NCBI GenBank assembly: GCA_030704615.1
Contig: CM060733.1
Coordinates: forward strand, 16,182,001 to 16,246,000
Direction: 5' to 3'
DNA from: Takakia lepidozioides
Taxonomy: Eukaryota; Plantae; Bryophyta
Length of the DNA: 64,000 nt
Shown: positions 1 through 12,959 of the stretch, piece by piece
How the letters are laid out: the number at the start of each line of letters is the position of its first letter
Numbering within the stretch: position 1 is the first letter of the stretch
The notes under the pieces: model-generated
Databases searched by the model: none
Told to the model about the DNA's origin: nothing
What the model saw: only the letters and a program-made list of their open reading frames with translations
Program-made: the position numbers and the translations under genes

Positions 1-136
1 CCTAGACAATATTAATATATGGGAGGAATTGACACCTCCAAAGGATTTTTTTCCATTGATAAATCATAGAAATAAGCTACATGCATGTACATGTACAATC
101 AATCGAAGGGATGGGTACAGTTATGTGCGAAAATTA

Positions 137-3100
137 TTACGTAGCTTTGATTACGTGTCTAATCAACTTGAACATCATCATCCGGAGCTTCTTCATCCTC
201 ATCAAACTACAAGTCTTCTTGGTCATCGGAGTCATCACCATAAATGGGCCGGCCCTCAAATGGCATCTCCGAATCATCCTCCACCTCGTTTTCAATGGCC
301 GTGTCTTCATCTCCTTCTCCAACATCCGTATTTTCTGGAGCTTCATCATATAAACGATAATCGGATGGACGATGAATAGGGTTGAGTCTATCTGCATTGA
401 CGCGCATGAACCACAATCATCTCGCACTAGTGTTGCTGAGGGTCCCACAAGATGTGGCTGGAACCACCTTCCCTTGAAGAGAAGAGGCCGGTACCTTGTA
501 TATTGAAGTTGGAGTATGCTCTCAAGCTCTCTAATGTACTCAAGTTTGCTCATAGCAGGTCGTGTATCTCTCTTGCCCCACACAGAGTGTTGCCAATATG
601 TGGCACACAAACCAGAATCAAACGTTGTTTTGCGCTTCATGTCAAGAGCACAAATGCGGAAATGACGACCGTGATCCCAAACCGTCGTGTATGAGGTCGC
701 GAATTGAGAGGGGCCCATTCCAAGGTCTTGCACCATATCTAAAACCACCTCACCTTGAGCAACGGCGTCATAAACTGAAGTCTTGAGCCACTGTTGGAAC
801 ATTGAACTTAGAGGCTGCAATTCCGTGGGCAAATCTTGTGAATGAACATTCCGGCGGCCCGCTCCTCGTCGAGGGCATCTAGTAACCGGCCTTGGATGGT
901 TCCGCCTCCATGCAAGTGTCTCCTCCTCTCGTTGCTGAACAAGGTTATTGTATCTTGTCTCCCACTCATGTATGGATGGGTTGTTCTTCAGTATGAAGTC
1001 ATGTGTTTGCTCAATCACCATGGTCGGCAATTTTACCCTCTTCGATTTTTTGGGCAAAATGATGTCTTTGGTTCGTGCATCCTCCTCTTCCTTCCACATC
1101 CGAGGGGCTTCCTTATCCACCCTTGCCATGTACTCCATGCAATAGAACATAGCTTCTTGCAACGTATACCTCTCCGCCATGCTACCCTCCGGGTGCGCCA
1201 TTTGTCTTACAAATGCTTTCAAAGTCTTCATGTAACGCTCAAGGAAGTACATCCACCGAGAATGAACGGGGCCGGCAATCGAAGTCTCTTCCACTAAGTA
1301 CACTACCAAGTGCACTTGGATGTCAAAGAAGGAGGAAGGAAGGTTCATCTCCAACATACACATTACCTCCGCCGCTTCCTTCTTCATGCTTGGAAAATCC
1401 GCTTCCTCCAACTCTTTCAAATCCACCAGAACAAGCCTCCCAATCTATAGATTGTCTCGCGAACCTTGGGAGTCAATGTCCCACAAACTGCAATGGATAA
1501 GATGTCTTGCAAAATATTGTGGTAGTCATGAGACTTCAAACCATGGACCCCGTCGTCTTTGTTGAACTTCATACGGAGGGATGACCCATAACCAGTTGGT
1601 GTTCGGATAGCACACTCATACAAAATGTGCAATATCACATGCATGCATAAGGATATTGATGGTGTTTTTGTGGAATATGTACCGCCCAATATGGCAACTC
1701 ATAGAAGATTGAAAGTCGTTTCATGCCGAGAACGTCCACTTCACCGACCGTGCCCGCATGGGCCTCATTCCATCGGTCCTCCCAAAACTGCCTGAATGGT
1801 GTCACAGGGGGGGGGAACGTAGTTCCTCTTTGCCATCAAACAAGTGTTTTTCTCTTCTTCTCCATCGATGGCTCATAGGAAGAAACTTGCGGTAGTTCGG
1901 ATACACCATCTTGTGAAGATAGCGAGAGCTATGTGCATCAAGATCATCGCCACAATGCAAGCATGCATGGTACCCTTTGGTGCTTGCCCCGAGCAAACCG
2001 TTAGTCATGTACACATCCCGCCACATTAGCAAAGACAAAATGTTATCGTCATCTACCCAACTAAGGTGCACAAGACTATCGCCGCTACTTCAATCAATCC
2101 CAATCCTCATCGATATTATCCGGCCTTGACAAGTGAATGTACGCGGATTTTTCATGGGAAACATAATATACCTGGATAATCATGCATAGTCCAAAGCAAG
2201 ATGTCTCTCATCTAAAAAGATTGTCTGACCATAAGGTCAAGTGAAGCATCTAATGTCGGGACCCCCCTCCATAGCTCCTTAAGTTCATCAACTAGAGGTC
2301 GCAAGTATGGGTAAGTGTAGACTACACTGGCTCAAAAGCGGCAGATGTGCCCTCCACTGAAAATCCATGAAAAAAAATTAATGTACCTTTAATTAAGGTA
2401 ATTTGTTCAAATATATTTTTATCTTCAAAGGCAATGGTATACTAATCATATTTAATAAATGGTCTCATCTCAAATATTTGAGATATTTTTTATTACATAT
2501 ATTTTTAAATAACTTTTTCCTTATTTAGAAATAATAGCTATTTGTTATTATATTGTAGTTTATGAAATTTGTCCATATAACAATAAGCTCCTAGAGACAA
2601 TAACAATATATATATTCTTAGCAAAGATCTCCACCCAAATATGAATTTTTCAAAATGCTATGGACAACTCGTCATTTTGGGGGTTTTTTGGGTACAAAAA
2701 AATCCATAGTGTCTTGATGGATGGATGGAATTGTTCACAAATTTATATTTGTGTCTATTCAAACATTGTCTATCTAGTTGTAAAGTCCATATATGAATTG
2801 GTTTTGCACAAATAGGCTTTTCAGATGGCATTTGGAACATCCAATGAACTGTGACAGTCCATTGGAATTCCCTACAAAAAGTCCATAGCTTCATGAGATT
2901 TCATCCAAATTCCAAAATAATTGTACCCACATGTACATATGGTAAGTGGCTAACCCATTCTAAGTCCATTTGCTATGAATATATATTTATGTGTATAGGG
3001 TGAAGAATAATATGACAAGCAGTCAGTCGAAAACTACAAATTGCAGTCCAAACTGAGCCACTCTAGTCTGCATCTATCCATACGTATCCATGTTTGCCAC

Positions 3101-4059
3101 TTGTTTTTTCCCTATGAGACATTCACATCATTGTTTCAATGCTCCACCAATATGCAAATTATACTACATAATGAATTACACGTCTTACTCCATGATTATG
3201 TCACTCATCAATCTTGCATCCGAATTGCGCCAGAGATCAGAAGATTAATGTAAAGTGAATAATAAGAATGAAATGGGAACACTCACCTGGTACAATGGCA
3301 GCCAACATGATACATTTTTTTATTGAAAGATACGGAGGGATGTTGTAGTTCACCATGGTCACCAGCCAAGTGGAATGACTACATGACTGGACAGAGTACG
3401 GGTTGACCCCATCCGAGAAGAAGCCGAGGTGGACATGTCGTGGGTCATCTAAGAGAAAAAACTACATCTCTTCAGTATGCCTCCATGCTTGTGAATCCTG
3501 TGGCCCACACACCTTTCCCGGGGGGCTCCGATGCGAGGCGTGTCATCTCATCAAAACAGCCAATGTGGGGCTTCGGTACTGTGCCTTCAATCGCGGGATA
3601 ATCGGAAAGTAATGCATTTTCTAGGATGAAATACCCTACGTCCCCCACATGTAATCATCCCATTAGCACACATAATACAACATCATTATGTCTTTCCCTT
3701 TATGCACCCTTTCCCTCATTAGGAAAATAATGATCAAACCGAACGTTGCCAATATTACTCACTCCTTCCAAAGCCACAATCAGATCTTGCATGAGTACTA
3801 CTCTCTAAACCCTAAACTTTGTGGAATACACTTTACATGCATTGAGAAGATTAAAGAAAATAATTTCCATGCGAGGGTGAATGGCGCTTATACCTTGCGT
3901 GGTACTTTTTGCCCTTGGACATCATCCCGATATCGGTCTTTCTTGCACTTTGGACACTTGGTCAGACGCGAATCATCTCCGTAGTATAGGGTTTTATCAC
4001 ATGAATAGGCATGAAAAATCTTATAGCCCATCCCTACAGAGTCCAAAACTTCGCGCGCC
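137..4059 (-). pseudogene. CACTA/En-Spm transposase (TnpD-like; Transposase_21 plus DUF4218-type region), fragmented and 5'-truncated
   Basis: Minus-strand pieces in the expected order: EAREVLDSVGMGYKIFHAYSC...CPKCK (3888-4059), DPRHVHLGFFSDGVNPY...STWLVTMVNYNIPP (~3290-3450), PYLRPLVDELKELW (~2265-2310), TKGYHACLHC (1802-2071), GLKSHDYHNILQ (1417-1689), FFDIQVHLVVYL...GPVHSRWMYFLERYMKTLK...PEGSMAE (137-1426). Multiple frameshifts; no CACTA terminus seen. Confidence 0.88.
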
Positions 4060-7000
4060 TCATCCACATATAGAGCTATGATCACAAATTGTTTTCCCAT
4101 CTTTTTCACATAGATGTTTGTGTCAGCAATGCTTCGCTCAAATCTTGTCTTTAAGAGGTAAGCATCGATCCTAGCATACCAAGCTCGAGGACTTTGTTTG
4201 AGTCCATACAAACTCTTTTGCAGCTTACACACAATATCACTTCCTCCTTGTACAAACCCTTCAGGTTGTCTCATGTAGATCTCTTCTTGTAGTTCTCCAT
4301 TCAGAAATGCAGTCTTAACATCCATTTGATGAACTTCGTGATCATGTTGAGCTGCAAGAGCTAACAACACTCTGATAGAAGAAATCTTCACCACTGGTGA
4401 GAATGTTTCATTGTAATCCACTCCTTTAATTTGTGCATAGCCTTTAGCTACAAGACGAGCTTTGTACCGGTAAATAGTTCCATCAGCTTTGTACTTCAAC
4501 TTGAAGATCCACTTGCAACCAATGGCTCTTCGTCCTGTATGCAACCTAGTGAGTGTCCATGCTTTGTTTTGCATCAATGAATCCAACTCTGAGTTGATTG
4601 CTTCTTCCCATTGTAGGTTGTCTGGAGAGCGCATCGCTTCGTCATATGTAGCAGGCTCAACCACTTGTGATGTTTCTTCCATAGCTTCAATGGCACTCAT
4701 AGATATAATCAGCCTACTAGGAGCTTTTCTTTCCCGCTTAGATCTCCTTAGAATTGGCACATCTTCAACTTCATCTCTAGAGTCCATATCAACAAGTGGT
4801 TCACCAACTTCGACTCCTTGATCAACTCCATCAAGTTGAACACCTCCATCATTTGCTTCAGCCATCTCTTGTATTGGCTCCTCATAAGACTCCTCTTGGA
4901 AATGGTGTAATGGCTCTAAGCTCATTCCCATGTCATCTTCTCCCACTACCAAAGAGGGTATGAAGCTTTCATCAAACACTACGTCCCTACTGTGTTTGAC
5001 AGCCTTAGTTGTCTTATTGAACAACTTATATCCCTTCACACCTTCTGTGTAGCCAATGAAGATGCATCCTTTTGATTTGGAGTCAAGTTTCCTTCGCTTC
5101 TGAGTAGGGATATGGACATATGCACGACACCAAAAATCCTACAATGAGCCACACTAGGCTTCTGACCACTTCATACCTCTTCTGGTGTTTTTCCCAACAC
5201 TGATTTGGTAGGTATTCTGTTGTGAAGATATGATGTAGTGCCAACAGCTTCTGCCCAAAAATGATTTGAAAGATTCACTTCTTTCAACATACTCCTTGCA
5301 GATTCTTGTAGTGATCTATTCATCCGCACCATTCTGCTCAGGTGTATATGGAACAGTAAACTATCGAGCTATTCCATTCTCTTGACAAAACTGATTGAAA
5401 GCCTTTGAGATGTACCACCACCATTGTCAGATCTTAAAATCTTAAGAGGCTTTCCAGTTTGTTTTTCTGCATGTACTTTGAACTCCTTGAATTTCTCTAG
5501 CACTTGACTTTTCTGCCTTAGGAAATTCACCACAACCCTTCTTGACAAATCATCAATGAATGTCACAAAGTACCTTGCTCCTCCAAGTGATGTGGTTTGC
5601 ATTGGCCTGCACATATCAGAATGTACAATCTCCAATATACTTGTGGCTCTTCGTCCACCATCCTTAGGAAATTGACCTCGATGTTGCTTCCCTTCAAAGC
5701 AACCTTTGCATAGACGCATATCGCTCATCTCCTTCAATGGTAGTCCTTCCACAAGATGGCTTGAGAGTTGCATTTGTCTCAACTTCTTAATGCTCACATG
5801 ACCTAACCCTCTATGCCACAACTTTGTTTCTGACATGACAGGTGTAGATCCCAACTGTGGTGAAAATGGGTAAGAGCACTAGAGACATGATGTTGTAATC
5901 TATATAAGCAATTATCAAGAATAGCTCTTGCTACCACAGCTCCTGAGCTATCTGTGATAGTACAACTCTCATCTTGGAATACCACTCTGTATCCCTTTGC
6001 AACAATTTGCCTTACAGACAGCAGGTTCTTTGTTAAAGTAGGGACATGTAGGACATTTTCCACCTCTATGGTTTTCCCTTCATTGAGCATAAGAGAGACT
6101 GAGCCTTCCCCACCAATGACATGCTTGCTATCATCTCCCAAAAGAACATATTGTGTAGGTGAAAGAGATCTATAGGATAAGAAATGCTCTCTCTCTGAAC
6201 TCATATGTTGAGATGCTCCTGAATCAACATACCACACATGCTTCTGTCTAGTAGTGGCTGAGAGAGACACAACAAATAGAATAGCATTCCTCTGATGAGT
6301 AGCTATGTTTCCTTGACTCTCTCTGTTGCGCTCATCTGCAATGCGCTTTCTACAATCCTTGATCATGTGACCAAGTTTCTTGCAATAAAAGCACCTCACT
6401 TTGGCCTTTTTGATCTTTGAGCTAGATTGAGGTTTCTGAAACCTCTGGGACTTCTGAGACATATGTGAAGGGAGTCTTCTATTCAAGACTACTCCAGTCT
6501 TGCCTGTGAACAAAACTCTGTCTACCTCTGTAGACGTACCTTGACCTTTTCTTCTTGTTTCCTCCTTGAGGAGAAGTCCTATGACAACATCAATAGTTAA
6601 GTTGGTTTGTCCTACTAGAGACACCACAAAACCATCATAGGATTCAGGTAAGGTTGCCAATAACACCACTGCGGCGTGTTCATCAGTCACATTAGTTCCC
6701 ATAGAGATTAGTTGATCTCGCAACACACAAAACAAATTCAAGTGTTGTTCAACTGAGTTTGACTCGGTCATCTTCAGACCATAGAACTTTTGCGTCGCAT
6801 ACACTTGCGATGTGACATCCTTCGTCTCATATATGCTTGCTAGCTTGTCCCAAACATCCTTAGCATTCTTAGCACTTATAATGAGATGCAACTGATTGTC
6901 TCTCAAGCTTGTGATGATGCTTGCTCTTGCTTTCTGATCTTTCCTATTCCATATGGCTTGGCCAACAATAGTGTCAGGTCTTGTACCTGATCCATCAACC

Positions 7001-7540
7001 ATTCCCCATAGATCTTTGTCTAGAAGGACCATCTTCATCCTAAACTTCCAGGTTTGATAGTTAGCTCCATTGAATCGATCTTCCACTCTCACATCTAATG
7101 CACTCGTCATAGACATAGAAGGAGGATTGCTAGAAGATGACGCTCCAGCCATAATCAAGTTCTCTCAATCTCAACTACCAACTCTCACCTAGAGAATAAT
7201 GGCTCTGATACCATGTTGGAATTCGACATAGAATAGAGATAAAAGATGAACTGATTACTGAGAACTCTCCACCCAACCATAGGACCACAACAAGCTGTGT
7301 CCACCCTCCGAGCTCTCCCTATTTATACTCAAAGTCTAATCCAGAAATAGCTGAGATAACTATAGCATAACTCTATGCTTTTACTTAAGTTATCTCCACC
7401 TGCTATTCTGGTACAATGACTTGAGTCACTAATAACTGAAGCTAACTTTAGCTATCTTTTAGCTAACCGAGGCTTATCTCTATTGTTAACTGTGACTTGT
7501 CAATACGTCTGGTTGTAGATATGTTTAATTACTTCCAACA
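4060..7540 (-). mobile_element. Ty1/Copia LTR retrotransposon 'A', 5' part (LTR, PBS, gag, PR, IN, RT up to the YVD motif)
   Basis: LTR 7214-7540 (TG...CA); PBS TGGTATCAGAGCC at 7201-7213; gag with CFYCKKLGHMIKDC knuckle and PR WYVDSGASQHM (5803-7158); integrase (5369-5854); RT AIGCKWIFKLK...HQMDVKTAFLNG...LYVD (4060-5039); abruptly joined to CACTA sequence at 4059/4060. Confidence 0.95.
7214..7540 (-). repeat. Copia 5' LTR, type A (327 bp)
   Basis: Minus strand TGTTGGAAGTAATTAAACATATCTACAACC...AATTCCAACA, directly followed by the tRNA-iMet PBS; near-identical to 41834-42055. Confidence 0.93.
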
Positions 7541-7679
7541 AACCTGTTGCGCGCCCGTTCCTGGTCACCTCGATCTCGGACCCAAGCACCGCATCGGCAC
7601 CCAGATACTCCTTTGCAAAGGTCTCCACCATTATGCGGGGATTGGCAGTCAGAACATAGCGCTTCCCAAAGGAGGAAAA
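7541..7679 (-). pseudogene. RAM2-like GPAT copy C, 5' remnant ([46 protein letters not shown]), interrupted by Copia A
   Basis: Matches 47289-47427 of the intact gene. A ~520 bp deletion removes the ATG and joins it directly to the upstream GA-rich tract. Confidence 0.93.
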
Positions 7680-10600
7680 GAGAGAGAGAGTGATGGTGTG
7701 AGGGAGTGAGCGCAGTGTGCGGGGTAATATACTGGGACATTGGTCAGTCAACCCTCGTTGACAAGGACCTATGCTCTGGCCTGGCGCGTCCAACTTAGGT
7801 CTTATTATTACCTCGTCCGCCACCCTCTGCTTCTCCGGGTCCTCAAAGCTATCATCCCCTTGGCAGCACAGCCCGACATCGCAAACTTTTATATTTGGCG
7901 TGTTGTCCTTCTGCCCAAGACCTTTTCGTGATGAGAAAAATATATTTTCTCTTCCCTTTTTTATTGACCTTTCTCTACCCACATGGCTAGCTTACCGTGT
8001 AAGTTAGCCGTACCCACGTTCACATTGCATATGTCGCATCCTTGTTCCCCAGCAGGTAACTCCATTGTTGTATTTTTGTTTGAGTTCTTTGCCCATACAG
8101 TGCTACCACCTCGCCGCGTTTGCTTTCTAGAATTGTAAATTACACTCAAGCTACTACACAATGTATCAACTCACAGCTCGACATAAATTGCACACATCTA
8201 TCCATGGATCTCTTTGGAACAACTATCTCCACTTGGGACGATTGCAACGGCGGCAATTGGTCATGAGTTTGGAGTGCTCTTCTCCACTCTTGAATCTTAG
8301 CAAACAATTGCATGAATTTGCACAAACCTACAATGAAAGGCGGATCGAGAGCCTGTATTGAGTACATAAATTGACCAAAAAAAAAAAAAAAAACATTCAA
8401 CCATTGGATGACACAGTTGAGTTTATATAGACCCTATATTATTGACAGTTTAGAAGCGTTTTCAAAAATCGTTGATTTCGTACGTAGGTGGACATTATTT
8501 TGTCCATTAAACTTCTATCCACCTTCATCTAACATAAACTAACATGTTTAACCCTTAAAGGACGAGCTATTTTTTGTGGGCCCACTAAAAAAGAGTATAT
8601 ACACTTATGGATGGGGGTGTAACTTCTTACCCCCAATCATCCAAGGGGATGAACCTTATACTTATGTGCATATCTACTATGTTCACGTCCTGTAAAAAAT
8701 GTAGGCAAATTGACCATTGCATTTGGGAGATTATAACAAAATAATATGCCCCAATTTGTAAGTGTATTCAAAAATTGCATGCAAAAAATTGTTTGACCAT
8801 AAAATTACAGTATCGAGTTGAATCTTCCTAGACAAAGGCCCTCCATAATCTAAGTATATGGCACCTAAACCACTGCCTCCCACAAAAATCAGACCAAAAT
8901 TCCAAAAATTCAGATAGGCTGCTTTGTATGTGAAATCTGGGGTGGTAAATTGTCTTGTTTTGGCTTCTTTCACAATTACACCCATGAGATGATAGATGTT
9001 TTCCAATTCCTCTGGTAAGTAAGTGCCCAGTAACATTTCAATGTGCCCTGTCCAAAAAATTTGGGATTATGATAAATTTTCAGCCCTAGATGTTATTTTG
9101 AAGATTGCCCATTTGGCTGCCACGTAGGCAGGTCAATGGTGCTTTAACACTGGATTTTCTGACCCCTTGGCACTTTGAAAAATTCTAGGGAGTAGAGCCT
9201 TTATGATTTTTTGGCGCTGTAAATTCCCACACGTGCTCCTCTCTGACATCCACAATTTATCTTTAGGGTTCACTTCCATCCACTATCATCCACTATCAAA
9301 CTGGAGCGTGGCAAAAAGAGTCGCGTCGTCCTTTAGGGGTTAAGGAAGGTAATTTTGTTATTTCAAATAATTTCATTTCATACAGGAACATAGCAATTTT
9401 AGAGGCTCAAAATAGGACGTCGATATTGTTTAACTTAATACTTTTGATTGAATGTTTTCATTATAGATTCTTCATCCCTCAAAGCATATTTTGGGAAAGT
9501 CATTTTTTTCTAATTTTGTTACGGGTCTTATGTAAAAAAACTTTTATGAAATGTAGTAACTTCTTATGGTCCATAACCTATAGAGATTCGGGTTTTTTGT
9601 AATAAAACTTGGACTATATAGATGAGCCTTTATATGTTTGTCTGGTCCATTCTCACTAATAGCATTCTCAATTAGGAATATGATGATTTGTTGTGATAGC
9701 AAAAAATTGAGAATATAGGTGTATACCGCATATAAGGGCTCACACTTGAAGATGCTATACACTTGAATGAGAAGAGCCAAAGATATGGTGAAGATGAATA
9801 TGCTCCTAAAAATTGTCATGATGGCAAAACTTGGATGTTTCCCTACAACCACAGTGCACAAAAAAGAGGTTCCAGTGACAATGCACAATGTACTTCATAT
9901 CCCACCAGGTCACCCCTATCAACCCAGTGACTCTACAAGTCCCCATGACTCCAAGTTCAATTAACAGATGAGGCCGATCTGTGGGAGATATAAGAGTTAA
10001 ACGTAGCTATTTTTCAGGCTCATGATAAGACAATGCATGCCAAAGCCACCGAGAAAAGGAGCCAACATCTTGTTGATTCCATCGACCATCTGTACACGCA
10101 AGTTCCAACCTTGTATTTGAGGATATTAAGTGATCAAAGGTTTGTAGTTTAAGCAATTGGACTACATCAGGTCTCATGATAGTGCTATCAATGCCACCCA
10201 AATGAACTTGGTCAATATTATCATAGGTCTTACACACGTGATGAGCATTTGCAAATAGACGCAAAATTTTAGGCAAACCAACATATGTATTCAGTTTGTC
10301 ATGCACTCGTCATGCACCATTCATACACATCCGCATGTTAGAGATTGCTTCTATTAATCTTCCACATGATGATGTCGTTGACGAAAAAAAGTGAAGTATT
10401 GGATGTATTTCTTGAGGCCATGGAGGCCAATGACAGAGTGTACCTCAGTGTATTTGTCAGACGAGTCAGAGAGAGAGAGAGAGATGAGGGTGGTGGTAGC
10501 GGGGAAGAGCGGGTGGGGAGGAAGGGAGGCGATGAGAGAGAGTGATGGTGTGAGGGAGTGAGCGCAGTGTGCGGGGTAATATACTGGGACACTGGTCAGT

Positions 10601-10829
10601 CAACCCTCGTTGACAAGGACCTGTGCTCTGGCCTGGCGCGTCCAAATTATTACCTCGTCCGCCACCCTCTGCTTCTCCGGGTCCTCAAAGCTATCATCCC
10701 CTTGGCAGCACAGCCCGACATCGCAAACTTTTATATTTGGCGTGCTGTCCTTCTGCCCAAGACCTTTTCGTGACGAGGAAAAAATATTTTCTCTTCCCTT
10801 TTTGATTGACCTTTCTCTACCCACATGGT
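7680..10829 (-). repeat. Inverted segmental copy of the GPAT upstream region (equivalent to ~54825-62750 without the Gypsy insertion)
   Basis: Collinear reverse-complement match to 60139-62750 and 54825-55346, including the same tandem-duplication junction (~10395-10425) and an empty Gypsy target site near 10308-10312. Confidence 0.93.
8552..9339. mobile_element. Non-autonomous TIR element with TTAA flanks and CCC termini (piggyBac-like MITE), copy 1
   Basis: TTAA|CCCTTAAAGGACGA...TCGTCCTTTAGGGG|TTAA; 14-bp TIR with one mismatch; no transposase ORF. Confidence 0.72.
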
Positions 10830-11389
10830 TGGCTATCTGGTAAGCCAATAACTTAGCGGCTCACTACTCTATATACGATTCCAACTACAAACCCTGCGTT
10901 ATCAATCTTGCCTTCCATATGGATTCCAATCTCACTCATGCCTTTTGGGAATCTACCCTACAATCCTTGCTGTCACTCTCCCACCTAGCTACATACTCAC
11001 CTTTCTCCACCCAAAGATATGCACTATTTTATGACGAAGAATGCAAATACGACCGAAGACATCAAATCACTTGATACCCATTCTCCGGCCTTCTAATGCC
11101 TTGCGGCCTGGATCTACATCTTATCTTCCTTCTGCTGGGGTCTATCCTATTGTTGAGAGCGATATGTTTGGCTTTGTGTTACACCACGTCTGTAGTGGAG
11201 TTACACCTTTAAGAGTTATGGAACCTGTGCGATTTACTACATAGACTGTTGTTTGGATATTGAAGCAGCAGGTCAACAGAGAATTGAGGGCAAGGAACTA
11301 CCAGGAGATTTACTTCGAAGAGACTTCACATATTTCCTCGGACACCAACGACATATTCTCTGATATTCATGAGTCGAGACTTCTTTTTC

Positions 11390-11439
11390 AATGTCAAACT
11401 GAATGTCAAACTGAATGTCAAACTGAATGTCAAATTGAA
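11390..11439. repeat. 12-bp tandem repeat (AATGTCAAACTG) x~4
   Basis: Directly visible; produces the spurious QTEC/FDIQ repeat ORFs. Confidence 0.9.
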
Positions 11440-11899
11440 GTACCATGTCAAGTGTTTCCCCAAATCTGCATGGTTGTTGCTCTAAAATTAAGTCAATAGA
11501 TGTCCTCATCTGTATAGTTGGCAATGTACTATGAATGTTGCAAGTTGCATAGTCTTGATCATTTATCATCATCATCGACAATGTCTTCTCTCGCCTGAGT
11601 AGATTCGGTGGACTCTGACAGACGTATATTCACAAAATGCTCACCTGTTGATTGACTTGTTGATTACCTCTGTTCATGAATGACATGCTCATCACACGAG
11701 TGAGGCCAGCAATTGCTTAGACAAGGTTCTGTTGGGTATCATTGATGGTGGTATCTCTGGATTTAAAATACTCCAACTATTTATCCAACAGTGTCTCCAG
11801 TGTTTTTTATCTTTTGTCTTCGATGAGTATACTGGTTGTTTGCAGCCGATCTATGGAGTCAACCAATGTTTTGAGTGGCTTCAGCCATAGATTTATGGG

Positions 11900-12830
11900 C
11901 TAAGAGTAGCTCTTTTTTACGCCTGTACTGCCAATTGATCTTCCTCCTCGATTTGCACTCTTGTTGACTGAAGTAGGTGTCACTGGTTGGGTCAGTGAGA
12001 CGTAGGGTTGTGGGTTGCTGGGATTGTTGGGTGGCACAAATGGTACCTCAGGGAATGGAGTGCCAGTTTCTGTGTATGGAATGCCAACTTTGGGTGTTGC
12101 AGGAGTCTCCTTGGGTCCTGTAGGATTTGGAACAAACATCCAACTCTCGTCCTGGCAAATGTCATCAGCATCATCCCTGTCATGAGTTTCTTCATGATTT
12201 TTTGGACTCTCTTCATATTGAGCTCGATTGTCACCATACAGATCAATGGCATCCTCTGTTGTGAGACCTTGTGGTTTATAGACTTGATCCATGTCGCCCA
12301 TGAGATCCTTGACATGAGGAGGGTGAAATATCGGCCTAGCACCGAGAAATTGCTCCATCAACTCATACATCCCTCTTCCGAAATGACGGGGTAAATTGAG
12401 TGTCGATTTGTCTTGTGGGCTCATATTCCAGTACCCTTCATTGTGGCTGGTTCCAGCTACATAGTCAAATATCTTCTTGAAGTCTCCACTCAGAGCCCCC
12501 CATTTATCCTTATATGCAGGTCCATTCTTGACATGTTCGGAAGAATGTGCTTCAGCTACTTTTGCAGCTATCTTCTTCCATTTTGTTACTGATGTCTCAA
12601 ATTGATCTCGTGGATCTATCTGATCGATAGCAGCCAGGTGCTCAGCTTTTTAGCTTCGATGAGAGCTAAAACCTCTCCATGCTCCCAATTGGGTTGTCAT
12701 GGTTTCTTGGATTGGATTTCCATAGAGGAAGTCTAACTCTGTTTCTTCTTGGACCTGCAACGTTTCTTCCGCGATGGACCTGCACCTGCAATGTCGTCTT
12801 CAGTTGGGAATTCAGGCTCGCCTAGTAACA
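11900..12830 (-). pseudogene. Trihelix Myb/SANT-like DNA-binding ORF, probably the accessory ORF of a PIF/Harbinger element; frameshifted
   Basis: Upstream of ORF 11900-12424 the minus strand reads WEHGEVLALIEAK...DPRDQFETSVTKWKKIA...KNGPAYKDKWGALSGDFKKIFDY...YWNMSPQDK...LPRHF, a trihelix Myb_DNA-bind_4-like pattern. A Harbinger-like end (...GTGAATATACCC|TAA) lies at ~24995-25012, beyond the nested Copia. Confidence 0.7.
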
Positions 12831-12959
12831 TGATAGGATGTAACAAGCATTTCACAGATTCTTTCTTCATTCAGATATGAACTAGTTCTCATTTATGGAT
12901 ATGCGCAGATTGAAGCCATTTGAAGCAGATGATCGAAAGTTTTCAACAACAAACATATG

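Noticed and set aside
2311-3280. Possible CACTG-terminated insertion inside the CACTA transposase
   Set aside because: Only a 7-bp inverted match (TGGCTCA/TGAGCCA) and no TSD; could be intron plus debris.
8731-9036. ORFs recurring in the repeated upstream unit (MLLGTYLPEE..., MCIVTGTSF..., MHDKLNTY..., MNVFFFF...)
   Set aside because: The recurrence is explained by segmental duplication; frames differ or break between copies and no domain is recognisable.
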